Assembly (NCBI RefSeq): GCF_018350175.1
Contig: NC_058373.1
Location: forward strand, 111,044,001-111,104,000
Length of the DNA: 60,000 nucleotides
Source: Felis catus
Lineage: Eukaryota
Direction: 5' to 3'
Under the pieces are notes generated by a model, which was not told where the DNA came from, did not search any database, and was given only the letters and a program-made list of their open reading frames with translations. A program made the translations under genes and the position numbers. Positions 48,370 to 60,000 of this stretch are shown here, in pieces (position 1 is the first letter of the stretch; the number at the start of each line of letters is the position of its first letter).

Positions 48370-48606
48370 ATTTTATTTCATTTTATTTTACTTTAGTGTT
48401 TTTTTTATTTATTTTTGAGACAGAGACAGAGTGCGAGCGTGGGAGGGGCAGAGAGAGAGAGAGAGAGAGGGAGACAGAATCGAAGCAGGCTCCAGGCTCT
48501 GAACTGTCAGCACAGAGCCTGATGCAGGGCTCGAACCCATGAACCGTGAGATCATGACCTGAGCCAAAGTAGGACGCTTAACCAACCAAGCCACCCAGGC
48601 ACCCCC
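48370..48606 (-). mobile_element. Can-SINE within an old L1M fragment
   Basis: TSD tagcat.atttta. Confidence 0.92.
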
Positions 48607-49352
48607 ATAGCATCATTTTAAATGTGTAGTTTTCTATAGTACAGATAGGCCATAATTTATATAACCAGTCCCTTACTGTTGAGTTCCTGAGTTGTTTCTA
48701 ATATTTCACTGTTATATTATAATCTTATCTTTGAACACATTTTAACTTATTTCCTAGGATGAATTCCTAGAAATGACCCTATATTGCTGGTCGCAAGATG
48801 AGGCGTGTTTTTATGACTAGAGAATACACTATTAATATATAGTCTAACCCCCAAAATAATAATTGTTATAATAGTAAATGAGTAATTTGAATATATAGGA
48901 GGTTATGATTTAAAAAATAAGTTTACTTCGATAGCAATAAAGTTTTATATGTTTATTATAGCAAGCTTTTGAAAATACAGAAGAATAAAGAGAAAAAATA
49001 CCAGCAATAGACCTGCCCTAAATAGCAATTATTTTTCATTTTTATTCTAACCTGTGGTTGTCATACTGTATATATGATTTTATTACTTTTTTCCTAAAAG
49101 ATTTGAGGTACTGTGAATAAGTAGACTGTTTCTCTGAGTCCCCCCCCCTTTTTTTTTTTTGGAGGAAAAGGCATTTCCAAAAGTTAATTAGCTGGCATCT
49201 TTCCATTCATAGTTGTGATGGTTCACGTCATTATCTGAACAAACTCATTCTTTGCCAACCTGGGTGGTTCTGCACTTGTGCCCACCCACTCTACCCGGCC
49301 ACTCATGGGTTGACACCTACCACTCAATCTGCTCTTCTCCATCTCCTCCCAG

Positions 49353-49482
49353 GTGTCAGAATTGGGAAGGTGGAATTGGTGGGGTTCCAGGGATGGAAGC
49401 GCACGGCGGCTACACTTTCTGCGGCCTGGCCGCACTGGTCATCCTCAAAAAGGAACGCTCCTTGAACTTGAAGAGCCTATTG
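49353..49482 (+). CDS. FNTB: FNTB coding exon 8 (CQNWEGGIGGVPGMEAHGGYTFCGLAALVILKKERSLNLKSLL)
   Basis: ctcccag|GTGTCAG...CTATTG|gtaagt; 130 nt; EAHGGYTFC motif. Confidence 0.97.
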
Positions 49483-50899
49483 GTAAGTGTCTGTTGACTC
49501 CTCTTCTTTTCAGGCCCCAGGCTCCTGGTGATGTGACTGGTCAGACTCACAGTGCTTTGGGACTGTTTGGCTGTGGGAAGGACCAACAGAGTTCCTGCTC
49601 TGAGCCCACGAACTGAATGACCCGTAATGAAGCTTTTCAACGTAATTGCTGGGGCGCTCAGCACTGGTCGGAGAAAGTGGGAGGAGTGGGCGTCTGCCTG
49701 GGTCTTGGCTCCTTTCTTCCTGCCTTTCCATCTTTCCTGCTCTGAACTTTCTATAGTATATTAGGCCAGCTCCACAGTCTTCCTGAGTCCCTCAAACATC
49801 TGCAATGAGGCAGAGTACCTGCCTCCTGCTTCCGAGACTGTAGCTTCAGTCTCTTAAATTTGGAGGTCATCATGTATCTTAGAAGGAATCTGCTAAGAGA
49901 AAAAGTCATGAGAAGTGCTCTCAGGCCTTTTGAAGCCAAGCTGTTATTACCGGCTGCAATATGTGAACATTTAGTAACTACATTCAAATGAGCTGGGCAG
50001 AGCACAGTGGTTGCATCGAGCAGGTAGCCTTAGGCATTTATGTCTGGACTCTAAGCTCCTGATAGATATCGAGAAGGAAAGCTGACTGCATTCTGATTCA
50101 CTAGATTATTCTTAAATTATCATCAGAGGCCTAGTGTACAAACATACATGCATGCAGTGCCACCGAGACGTCTTTTGGGAAGCATTTACTCCCAACCATG
50201 ACCTCAAAGCAAACCAGCTGCAGTGGACATTCATCTCCTCTCCCCAAGCTCAGATGTCAGCTGCTCATCATAGGAACTGTCATGAGACCCATCATGAGCT
50301 TCCAAGAAAGTTTCTGTTAGACTCTACAGATATATGACCAGTAGTATTTTGTCCTCATCTGCAGGATGCCTCCTATAGCACACTTTCCTTAAAGGTTCAT
50401 GCTGAAATGGCCAGCTAGACATTTAAGAGTCTGATTACCAATAAGGCATGAAATTGAAAAGCCCCATTTCCTGGGAAGAAATAAGGAATATAACCAGCAG
50501 AAGGCTCGGTTACAATGGCAACACTCTAGATTTGAGCCTTGTCTCTCCCACTTCCACGCGACCTTAGGAAATTTGTCCGTTTTAACTTCAATTTCCTTTG
50601 TCCTCTGTAAGGTAGAGGTAACAGTTCTTTGAAGGTTAAAGGAGGGGTTAGAACTCTGGACTCTGAAGGTTAAAGGAGATAATATATAGTAGGTGCTCAA
50701 TAAATGCCAGTGTCCTTCTTACCCAAACCACTCCGTCCCCTTTTGCTTTGAGAGAACTAGGACCCATATCTGAAGGATTTTATGAATTCATATGGCCGAA
50801 GGAAACAGAGTAAACCCATGGGCTTAGACACTGGAAAAAATTATGTAGTCCAGCTTAAAAACTCTTAGTCTGGGCAAAAAAACAAAAACCAAAAACCTT

Positions 50900-51113
50900 T
50901 GGGGCACCTGGGTGGCTCAGTCAGTTGAGCATCTGACTTTGGCTCAGGTCATGATCTCACTGCTCATGGATTCGAGCCCCGCATCAGGCTCTGTGTGCTG
51001 ACAGCTCAGAGCCTGAAGCCTGCTTTGGATTCTGTGTCTTCCTCTGACCCTCCCCTACTTGTGCTGTGTGTGTGTGTCTCTCTCTCTCTCTCAAAAGTAA
51101 GTAAGTAAGTAAG

Positions 51114-51148
<35 letters not shown>

Positions 51149-51170
51149 ATTTAAAAAAATATTAAAAAAG
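50900..51170 (+). mobile_element. Can-SINE with (GTAA)n(ATAA)n tail
   Basis: Head ggggcacctgggtggctcag; tetranucleotide-repeat tail at about 51097-51149. Confidence 0.92.
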
Positions 51171-52370
51171 AACACCTTAGTCTGTGGTGTAAGTGAAAAT
51201 GAAGAATGGACTCCCCACTGTAGTACCTGTTTTCTCTTTTCTTGAGTGATGCTTCACCGCTTTCATTAAATGGCATCATCCCTAAAGCACTGGCTCATTT
51301 AAGACTCACTGGTGATTTATTAGTGCCTACACCTGCAGTGTAGTTTTTTTTTTTTTTTTTTTATGTCTTCTAAGAATTTGGGATTTGACTCTTATGGGTG
51401 AGTATGGCCTTGAACAGGGATATAATCTAAACTCCACACTTGGTGACTTAAAGACATCCCCTCCCCCTTCCAAAAAGGGTCCTCGGTAGCTCCTTTGAGG
51501 AACTCAGTCAAGTAAGAACCTAGGGGTGGGGGGAGGGGGAGACATCCTACTCTGCACCTTTCCGTTGTGAAAGCCCGTGGCTGGTGTCTGGAACTGCCTG
51601 GGAGGGAAATGGAGATGTCATTATCTGCTCAGCCAGTCGGTTCTGCTCGCTTCTGGAGGACGAAACCCCTGGCTATCTTGATCTTGGTAGCAGAGTGTGT
51701 TTAGAAAACTTGGAGATAAGCAGGGATGGGCAGCAGCATCATGTGTGACCGCTGAGTGACATCAAGAACCATCTTACAAGTTCAGAGTAAAAGATTGTCT
51801 TCTGTTAGCCAACCAGGTTTCCCTGGAGACGCAGAGAGGCTAGAGCTGACAGAGCCGTCCTTGGCGGTTGGGATAATGGCTTCTGCTTCTGGTCCTGCAA
51901 GTAACTTGCTAAGAAACCTTGGATGAATTTCTTCAGGTGCCAAGTCAAAGTCAGGAACAGTTTGAGATCATCCACTGAGACACAGCACACAATTCCATTT
52001 ATCTGCTTTTAATAAACTTCCCTGAGAAGGGAAGGTGGTTAGAAATGAGCCACTTGCCTTCAATTTCCTCGTTAAGCCTTGTTTATTGAGAGACATTTGC
52101 AGGTCTCCTTATAGGCCAACTTGATGTCTTTGTTCTGTCAGCATCAGAACCCATTTGAAACCCGGGAAAAGGTGGTTAGTTGTCCATTGGGCACGAAGCA
52201 GAGATCAGTACTGGCCGCCCTGCCAAGAGTCCAACTTAGATGGTCCAGTCCGCATCCACGGCAGTGAGGGGAAGGAAGGAACAGCCCCAGGACTAGAATT
52301 CCAGTGCCAAGAAGCCCAGAGATGGGAACTTGGCCTACACCCGCCTTTCCTTTCTCTGTCTCATTCTCAG

Positions 52371-52503
52371 CAATGGGTGACAAGCCGGCAGATGCGGTTC
52401 GAAGGTGGATTTCAGGGCCGCTGCAACAAGCTGGTGGACGGCTGCTACTCCTTCTGGCAGGCTGGGCTGCTGCCCCTGCTGCACCGCGCGCTGCATGCTC
52501 AAG
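52371..52503 (+). CDS. FNTB: FNTB coding exon 9 (QWVTSRQMRFEGGFQGRCNKLVDGCYSFWQAGLLPLLHRALHAQG)
   Basis: ttctcag|CAATGG...CAAG|gtgagc; 133 nt; GRxNKLVDGCYSFW motif with Zn ligands D297 and C299. Confidence 0.98.
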
Positions 52504-53519
52504 GTGAGCCCGGGGAGCTGCTGGCAGGGGCTGGGTGACTTCCCCTGGCTGCTAGGCCAAGTCAGGAAGCCAGAGTGTTTGTCTGTCTGTCCTGGATTTT
52601 GAGTGCCCTGTGTGAACCGCCCCCTCCCCCCCCCCCCCCCCGCCATGTCTCCTGCACGCACATGCAGACTAGGCTTTAATTCCAGTGGTTTAGTTGAGTC
52701 ACAGTTGCTGCTGCAAACTGTCTGTGGCTAGGAGGAGGTAGGTGCGTGTCCGGGCCCCAGGGTGACTGCCACCTCAGCCGGGTGTGAAGCCACAGTTTCC
52801 AATGCAGCGTCCCGTATCGGTCATATCGGAACTGAAAACCCACACTGTGTGCGTCGCGGTCACAACAGTGACTGAGAAGGCGATGGCACAAAGGGGCAGA
52901 GAGGCAGAACCCCAGGAGAAAAGATCCACCAGGTCTGACGGGCTTTGTAGTTGCTGCTGTCAGCACTGTTGTATTTTCAACTCATTGAAGAATCCTAAAT
53001 GCAAGTCTGTTCCACCCCTACGACTGGAGTGGAGAGACCTGGGTTCGTTTCTCTGGAGTCGCAGATCGGAAGGCAAAACCAAAGCAGTTAGACAGCAAGC
53101 ACAACTTCGGGGAGCCTTCCTTTATTTGATCATTTGAAATCTCAGGTCGCCCGCTGACTCCTGAACCATCTCTCTTATTTATTTTATGTGAGAGCAGCGT
53201 GTCTCTGAGGAAACTGGTGGGGGGAGGGGAAGTCATGGCTGTCCCGCTGGGTGCTGATGTGTTCTTGGAGTGAGACCCCTTGGCCCAGAGGGAAGGTTTT
53301 CTTTGGACTTAATAATTGGGTAATTAATTGCTCAAATGTGGAAGATGAGATTCTTTCCTATTGTCTGGCCCCCTGACCCATGCTTTTCTTCCTTCTTTGG
53401 CTGTTCTTTCTGAGCGCCTTTCTTTAGTCTCTTCGTTTCATCTGAGTTGTGGCCACTTTGGATGCTGAATTGAAGTAAACGCAGTCTCGGCCCTGTCTTC
53501 CCATTCTTTCTTTCTTTCA

Positions 53520-54252
53520 TTTTATTTTATTTTATTTTATTTTATTTTATTTTATTTAAAAAAAATTTTTTTTCAACGTTTATTTATTTTTGGGACAGAG
53601 AGAGACAGAGCATGAACGGGGGAGGGGCAGAGAGAGAGGGAGACACAGAATCGGAAACAGGCTTCAGGCCCTGAGCCATCAGCCCAGAGCCCGACGCGGG
53701 GCTCGAACTCACGGACCGCGAGATCGTGACCTGGCTGAAGTCGGACGCTTAACCGACTGCGCCACCCAGGCGCCCCTTTCTTTCTTTTTTTAATTTATTT
53801 TTTATTTTTTTAATCTTTATTTTTGGGAGAAAGAGAGAGACATTGCAATCTTTATTTCTGAGAGAGAGAGACAGTGTGAGCAGGGGAGGAACAGAGAGAG
53901 AGGGAGACATAGACCCCAAAGCAGGCTCCAGGCTCTGAGTTGTCAGCACAGAGCCCAATGCAGGGCTCGAACTCATGAGCTGTGAGATCATGACCCAAGC
54001 TAAAGCCAGACACTTAATGGAATGAGCCACCCAGGTGCCCCCCATTCTTTCTTTTTTTTTTTAATGTTTATTTTATTTATGAGAGAGCACGAGTGGGAGA
54101 GGGGCAGAGAGAGAGGGAGACAGAGGATACGAAGCAGGCTCTGCACTAATAGCAGAGAGCCCGATGAGGGCCTGAACCCATGAACCGTGAGATCATGTCC
54201 TGAGCCTGAGCCAAAGTCGGATCCTTAACCAACTGAGCCACCCAGGCGCCCC
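53520..54252 (-). mobile_element. Three tandem Can-SINEs (young 53520-53776; 53790-54041; 54052-54252)
   Basis: Three reverse SINE bodies; flank cccattct recurs at about 53500, 54041 and 54261. Confidence 0.93.
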
Positions 54253-56294
54253 CTTGGCTTCCCATTCTGCCGGTCTCAGTCTGTCCTGAGATTCCTTGCC
54301 TTGGGCCCCCTGGGCTTAGGGTCTCAGGGCGTTAGGATAGATCATCCCCCTGACTTTGGAGCCTGCACGGTCTCTGGCTTGACCACTATGATTGGGAGGT
54401 CAAGAATTCCCTGAAACTTCAGTGTTTTCAAAGCAAAAATAACTTAGGGTTTTAGTGATTTCTTTATTTGAAACTAGTGAGGTCAAGCCCTTGGTAAAAT
54501 GGTCACCCTTTCACAAACCTGTCCCTGGCAGGGATGAGATGCCAGGAAAATCCAGGAGAGCTGTGAGAAGAGTGCTCCCTGCCAGCATCTTCAGAGGGGC
54601 CCCAATTGACATTCTGTTTATTGTAGCACAGGTCCTGGAGGAAATGATATTCAGAGCTTTGCCTGTGGAAAGCGCTGCCTGTGAATCGTGGACCTTGCAG
54701 CTTTTGTCAGGGCCCAGGAGAAGGCCTGTGTTGGGCTTGAAGCTCACCCACTTCTCAGCAGCAGTGGGAAGGGAAGGGCAGTGTCTTGAGTGGTGGGCAG
54801 AATACTGACGTTGGGAGTCGCAAGGAGACGATGTGTGCGAAGATTTTCGTAATACACTGTGATCAAAGGTTTCAAAGCAGTCTGTATATAATTCCATTTT
54901 TAGCGAAGAGTTGACTCCAAAAAATTACGAGAAGGCACCTGGACTGTGAAGCGACGCGCAATATTTGTTTTCTTTCTTTTTTTATGTGTATTTTCTGATT
55001 TTCTACAATTAATTTGCATAAAGAAAAAGAAAAATAAAATTCTTTTATAAAAGAAGAGAAATTCTATAAACAAAACAAGTAGCAAGGTAGGACAAATTAT
55101 TTGTGACAAATGACAAAGGGCTAAATTTCTTTAAGTTGAGAGGCTCCTAAATCACTAAGAAACAGATGAACAGCCCCACTGAAAACCAGGCAGAGGATCT
55201 GAACGGGCAGATTCCGGACGGGCAGGAAAGAGCTACTACTTGTGTTACCCCCTCTACGACCACCGCTCCTCCCGGCCGCTGAGGCTTGCCAGGCGCTTGG
55301 CAAGCCTCAGCCAGGGACTGAACGGAGTCCTCCACAGGTGTTTTCTCATTTGATCCTCTGAGCAATGCTGTGATAGGTGCTGTTGTTATCCCCATCTTAC
55401 AGATGAGGAAACAAAGACCAGCAAGGGTGAGCAACTTGCCTTATAATGCCCGATCGCCACCTACGCCTCCGTCAGAGCCTTGCTTCTAACCAGCACAGGC
55501 GGCGTGCATGAAACGAAAAGATGGCAGTGAAAGAAATGTGAATAGAATCAGTGGGACACTGGTCGTTTTTACTGTCACGTTGGCAGAGAGGAGAAAACGC
55601 GGTACCCGATGTTGGGGAGAGTGTGGAAAAACAGGCACTTTTGTACTGTCAGCGTGGGTGTAAATAGCTGTATCGGTTTTTTTGGAGGGTAGTTTGGAGA
55701 TTTGTCTAAATTACTTAAACCCAGCAAGTACACTTTCGGGAATTTACCTGCAGAGATGTTAGCAAAGGATGTGTGTTGAAGTGGAGTTTTAATGGCAAGC
55801 AACCAAATGCTCATTAAAAGTTTAATAGTTGAATAAATTATGATCTCCCCATCCCGTGGTTAGATGCAATGAGCTAATATTGGAAAACTCTCCAGGACAC
55901 AACATAAAGTGTAAAGGGCCAGGCCTAGAGTGGTCTCTGTGCACACGGACCGACCTCTCCACAGCTTTTCCTGGAAGCAAGCAAAACCCCTTTAGCAATG
56001 GGCACCTTTGGGAGGAGGGTGGGAGATGAAGGGAGGGAGACATATGTGTTGAATTGTTTTTCCTTCTGTACTACACTCTGCGTTTTTTGTTGCTGTTGTT
56101 AACCATGTGCATTACTGCTTTTATCTTAGTAAATGACCAAATAGATTTTGTAAAGGCGATGATCACGTTGCTGGCTAAAGAGATAACAAAGGACCGACAC
56201 ACGACCTCACTGAGCAAGTGGCCGTTAGTGGTTCCATGCAGGTGGCTGCCTTATGTGTATAGAAGACAGCAGTTGAGTAGAAGAACAAATTATT

Positions 56295-56515
56295 TTTTTT
56301 TATTTTTTTTTTAATGTTTGTTTATTTTTGGGACAGAGAGAGACAGAGCATGAATGGGGGAGGGTCAGAGAGAGAGGGAGACACAGAATCTGAAACAGGC
56401 TCCAGGCTCTGAGCTGTCAGCACAGAGCCCGACGCGGGGCTCGAACTCACGGACAGCGAGATCATGACCTGAGCTGAAGTCGGACGCTCAACCGACTGAG
56501 CCACCCAGGCGCCCC
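56295..56515 (-). mobile_element. Can-SINE
   Basis: TSD gaagaac(a/g)aatta. Confidence 0.93.
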
Positions 56516-57786
56516 GAAGAACGAATTACTAAGATCTTAAAAATATTCAATGCTGACTAAATTAGTGAGTTATTTGGTTTCTGTGGAGCAGTAAGAAAGC
56601 AGCAGGCCCATGAGTTTGGGTTTAGATTGATGGTTACTCGTTGCTTGTGTGTTCCTTGGGACATACTCCACGCCTGGATTTGTCCACCTGTGAGATTGAG
56701 CTGCATGTGGCTGAACCTGTCAGTTACTGTTTGGGAAAACTTTTGATTTCTTAGATAAAAGGAATCTTTGAAAAGCAAAATGACATAATAATGGGGATTT
56801 GTAATTGAAGGGAGAGGTATAAAGGACTGAAAGGCCGATTGTGGTGCACAAGCAGCACCCGTCATCACGCCTGCCTTCGTCTCTGGTTGTGTGAGCTGCT
56901 GTGCAGATTCAGGACCCCTGGAAGCTCCTGGTGGAGTTTGTGGACTCGGAGCTTGTAGATTTCCATAAGGTAGCAGGCAACCGACCCACTCTGTAATCTG
57001 TCTGATAATAAACATAGCAATTTCTTTTCAGATTCTGCTTTTAGTGACAGGTTGGCACTTACCTTATAATAATAGTCTTTTATTTCCTACAGGATATAGA
57101 GTAAAAGGATATTTTGTACAGATGTTTAATGCAGTGATCCTAAAGTTTAGTAAATTTGCTTTTTAAAGAAAAAGTAACAGCTTTCTTGAGATAGAATTTA
57201 CATACCATACAATTCACTCACTTAAAATACACAACTCAGTGGTGTTTAGTGTAATCAGAATTATGCAGCCATGACCATAATCAATTGTAGAATTTTCATC
57301 ATTACCCCCCTCAAATCCCAGTAGCTATTAAATTTGCTTCTTTAAAGAAGAAATTACAAAGGAAAAATCAACGGTATGGTAACAGCATAGAAAAATGTAT
57401 GCCTATAGTGTTAAATGGAGAATGCAAAATATAAAATTATAATAACTATATAGAAAAATGCACAGAAACAGACTGGAAGAAGGAAAAATTAGCTTTTAAT
57501 TGCTATGTACAGATTACTTGCTATCTTTGTAGTAGCCCAAGTATCCAAGTATAAAATTGACCAAGGACTTAATGCATGTGTATATTTAAAAAAAAAAAAA
57601 AATTCCCACGTAAATGCTTCTGGAAGCATCCATCTGTTGGCAGTCTCTGTCATCTGCATTTGATAACTATGCGGCCCACGGAATTCTCCAACCATACGGA
57701 TTCAGCTTCAGAATGAAGAAGGCCAGTTGCTTGTTCATACATGAGCATTATTACCAGAACTGCCAGTTTCTGCTCCTGCTGCCATA

Positions 57787-57983
57787 TTTTTTTTTAAGTT
57801 TATTTACTTATTTTGAGAGAAAGCACAAGCAGGGGAGGGGTAGAAAGGGAGAGGGAGAGAATCCCAAGCAGGCTCCCTGCTGTTAGTATAGAGCCCGACT
57901 CAGGGCTTGAACTCACAAGCTGTGAGATCGTGATCTGAGCCGAAATCTAGAGTCAGACACTTAACTGATCCACTCAGGTGCCC
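57787..57983 (-). mobile_element. Can-SINE (older)
   Basis: Diverged reverse SINE body. Confidence 0.88.
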
Positions 57984-58562
57984 TACCCTATTATATGATG
58001 CAGAAATCCTGGCGGTTCCTAGTAATCCTTCTTAGGAACAGTTTTTGAGGCCAAGAGAGGAGTTGGAGGATGCCCTTTGGAGATACATTAAGTTGAGGTT
58101 TAGAAAAGTAGAAGGAACAGACATCACCCCTGTTGAGAGTTCTCTTAGCCAGTTAGAGTCAGGGATGTGCTAGAGGAAATGTCTTAAGAGGTCCAGAGGA
58201 GGGAGTTGTGGACTGAGTCAGGAGCAGTGAGAGGGTGGATCTGGAAGGCAGAGATAGCCAGCTGGCCCACGCCTGTCTGTGATGTGGTTTAGGACAGGCA
58301 TTCACAGTAAGGGCGTATACCCCAAGGTATCATTCTGCACTGCTGCTCTTTGACTCAAGCCAAAGGTCGGGAGAAGGGACATATCATGGGATGTGGGCGA
58401 AGATATCAAGTGTCCCAAGAATGTAATTTTCAAAATTAGTCCAGGAATAATAGAGGGAAACCTTAACTGTCCCCAGTGGGTAATAAAATACAAAGACGTC
58501 ATTCATACCGCGCTGGATGCCCACCGGGCGTTGGCCTGCCCTGACGCTATGCCTTTCTGCAG

Positions 58563-58674
58563 GTGACCCTGCCCTCAGCATGAGCCACTGGATGTTTCAT
58601 CAGCAGGCCCTGCAGGAGTACATTCTTATGTGCTGCCAGTGCCCCGCCGGGGGGCTTCTGGATAAGCCTGGCAA
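58563..58674 (+). CDS. FNTB: FNTB coding exon 10 (DPALSMSHWMFHQQALQEYILMCCQCPAGGLLDKPGK)
   Basis: ttctgcag|GTGACC...GGCAA|gtgagt; 112 nt; GGLxDKPG motif. Confidence 0.97.
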
Positions 58675-59547
58675 GTGAGTGCCTTCTCTTGGGAGAGGGA
58701 GGGGCAGGGAGGGGAGAGATGGTGTGCCACTCAAGCCTCCCCAGAACCAGAGGGTGACAGCCGCTGACCTTTAAAAGCCTGGGGGCAGGGGGGAGGGGGC
58801 TCCCTTTCCATCCAGCTGCTTGGTGCTAGTGTGTTGTGGGAAGAAGCCTCCCAGTGGGAGCACCCCTTCCAGTGCCATCCTGGCACCCCCCCCAGTGCCC
58901 ATCTTTTCCCCCAGCTTCCATGCAGCCCCCTCTCTGGGTAGGTACATAGATTGCCAGGTTGGTGGCTTTTCTTGCCTTTTTTTTTGTTTGTTTTTTAAAC
59001 GAAACTGATTTAAATAGAACAGGATATAGGACTTTAAAACCCTTGAGTGTCATAAACAGAAATTATAATCACAACTATTGCAGCATAGATTAAATACCTT
59101 GAGGCGCCACAGTAAAAAGAAAAGGGAAATCAGATAAGTCCTGTTCCCTTTGCTACTGGGCCAGCACACACCCTGTGACTGTCAGCATCCAGGAGAAGGC
59201 CCAGCTGAAGGCTGGTCCCTAGCAGTTTGTCAGGGAGAATTTGGCTCATTTCTAGGCATTTTGGTAGGATTTTTTTTTTTTTTTGAGAAATACATTAATT
59301 TAGCACCAGCACTACCCTGGAGAGTCCTTTCTGGAAGACAGCTGGAGGAGACCCTGGGGGGACCAACTACAAGTCTACAAGACTACAAGGGTGCAGGGCT
59401 GAAGAGTGGGGCTCGGAAATGCCACGGCTTGACCTGGGCCTGCGATGTGGGGGTGTGCTCCAGGCCTGAGTCTCCTGTTGGAGGCTGTGCCTGGGGGGAT
59501 TTGTGGGAGTGGAGGAGTCCCTGCTCAGAGCCACCTTGTCTTTGTAG

Positions 59548-59662
59548 GTCTCGGGACTTCTACCACACCTGCTACTGCCTGAGCGGCCTGTCCATAGCCC
59601 AGCACTTCGGCAGTGGAGCCATGTTGCACGATGTGGTCCTGGGTGTGCCTGAAAATGCTCTG
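59548..59662 (+). CDS. FNTB: FNTB coding exon 11 (SRDFYHTCYCLSGLSIAQHFGSGAMLHDVVLGVPENAL)
   Basis: tttgtag|GTCTCGG...CTCTG|gtaagg; 115 nt; DFYHTCY motif with Zn ligand H362. Confidence 0.97.
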
Positions 59663-60000
59663 GTAAGGCCGGGTGGGGGGCTTGATGGCGCTTCTCCACA
59701 GGGTCCCCAGGATGGGGGCATACCAAGAGAGGGGAGCAGCCACGCGTGTCCTGCACAACTATCCATGTGCCTCCTGTGGGCAGGCCTGTGAGCACGCAGC
59801 CCCCACCCTCCCTCCATTGGCAGCCGCCCCGGAGGGAGCCTGGGACCCAGGAGGGAACTATCTTAAGGCAAACTCAGGGTACCAGGTGGGAGCATCCAGT
59901 CTGAGACAGAGGTTCTGTGCCTTTATCCCTGCGTCAGACCCAGACCTCTATTCATAGTTCCATTGAGGAAATGTACTAAGAGGCAGTAGGTTTCTGGAAT

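Larger units (their letters stand above)
1..60000 (+). other. FNTB: Gene body of FNTB (intron 1 through start of intron 11); exons 1 and 12 lie outside the window
   Basis: Ten GT-AG exons of 65, 73, 92, 147, 84, 87, 130, 133, 112 and 115 nt splice into one open frame matching the farnesyltransferase beta subunit. Neither the N-terminal MASPSS exon nor the QPTHPVYN last exon is present. Confidence 0.97.

Noticed and set aside
14547..49482. Amino-acid differences from human FNTB as recalled (D57, I72, M121, V171, K264)
   Set aside because: All are conservative, none affects a catalytic residue, and the comparison rests on memory; no evidence of pseudogenisation or altered function.
52600..52900. 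Possible ortholog of the miRNA annotated just after exon 9 in human FNTB (MIR4706, from memory)
   Set aside because: I see no matching sequence or convincing hairpin here; an alignment would be needed.
1330..56504. Many 60-110 aa ORFs sharing GAWVAQSV...SAQVMIS or RERGRHRIGNRLQA peptides
   Set aside because: These are translations of Can-SINE copies, not a protein family.
59150..59791. Longest ORF in the track (213 aa)
   Set aside because: Only 59548-59662 is FNTB exon 11; the flanks are open intronic sequence beyond canonical splice sites.

Overview
Mammalian genomic DNA, almost certainly from a felid, judging by about 30 feliform-type Can-SINEs. The window holds the body of FNTB (protein farnesyltransferase beta subunit) on the + strand. 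Ten coding exons (orthologous to human exons 2-11) have canonical AG/GT ends and join in frame into 1038 nt (346 codons, human numbering 49-394), with the Zn ligands D297, C299 and H362 intact. Exon 1 lies upstream of the window and exon 12 downstream. The remainder is intron filled with SINEs, L1, L2, MIR, LTRs and DNA-transposon relics; nearly all listed ORFs are spurious. I found no new prokaryote-style system. The best leads are: (i) an antisense terminal exon in intron 2, with acceptor and AATAAA, resembling the distal alternative last exon of MAX but frameshifted; (ii) an exon-like block in intron 1 ending in ATG|GTGAGA that would give FNTB an alternative in-frame start; (iii) a 70-bp non-TE inverted repeat whose arms are 1.2 kb apart; (iv) a NAGNAG acceptor whose distal AG would delete Arg202; (v) a TGACA motif cluster after exon 6; and (vi) repeated SINE insertion into the same target sites. 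Repeat boundaries are approximate, and repeat family names come from visual recognition rather than a database search.
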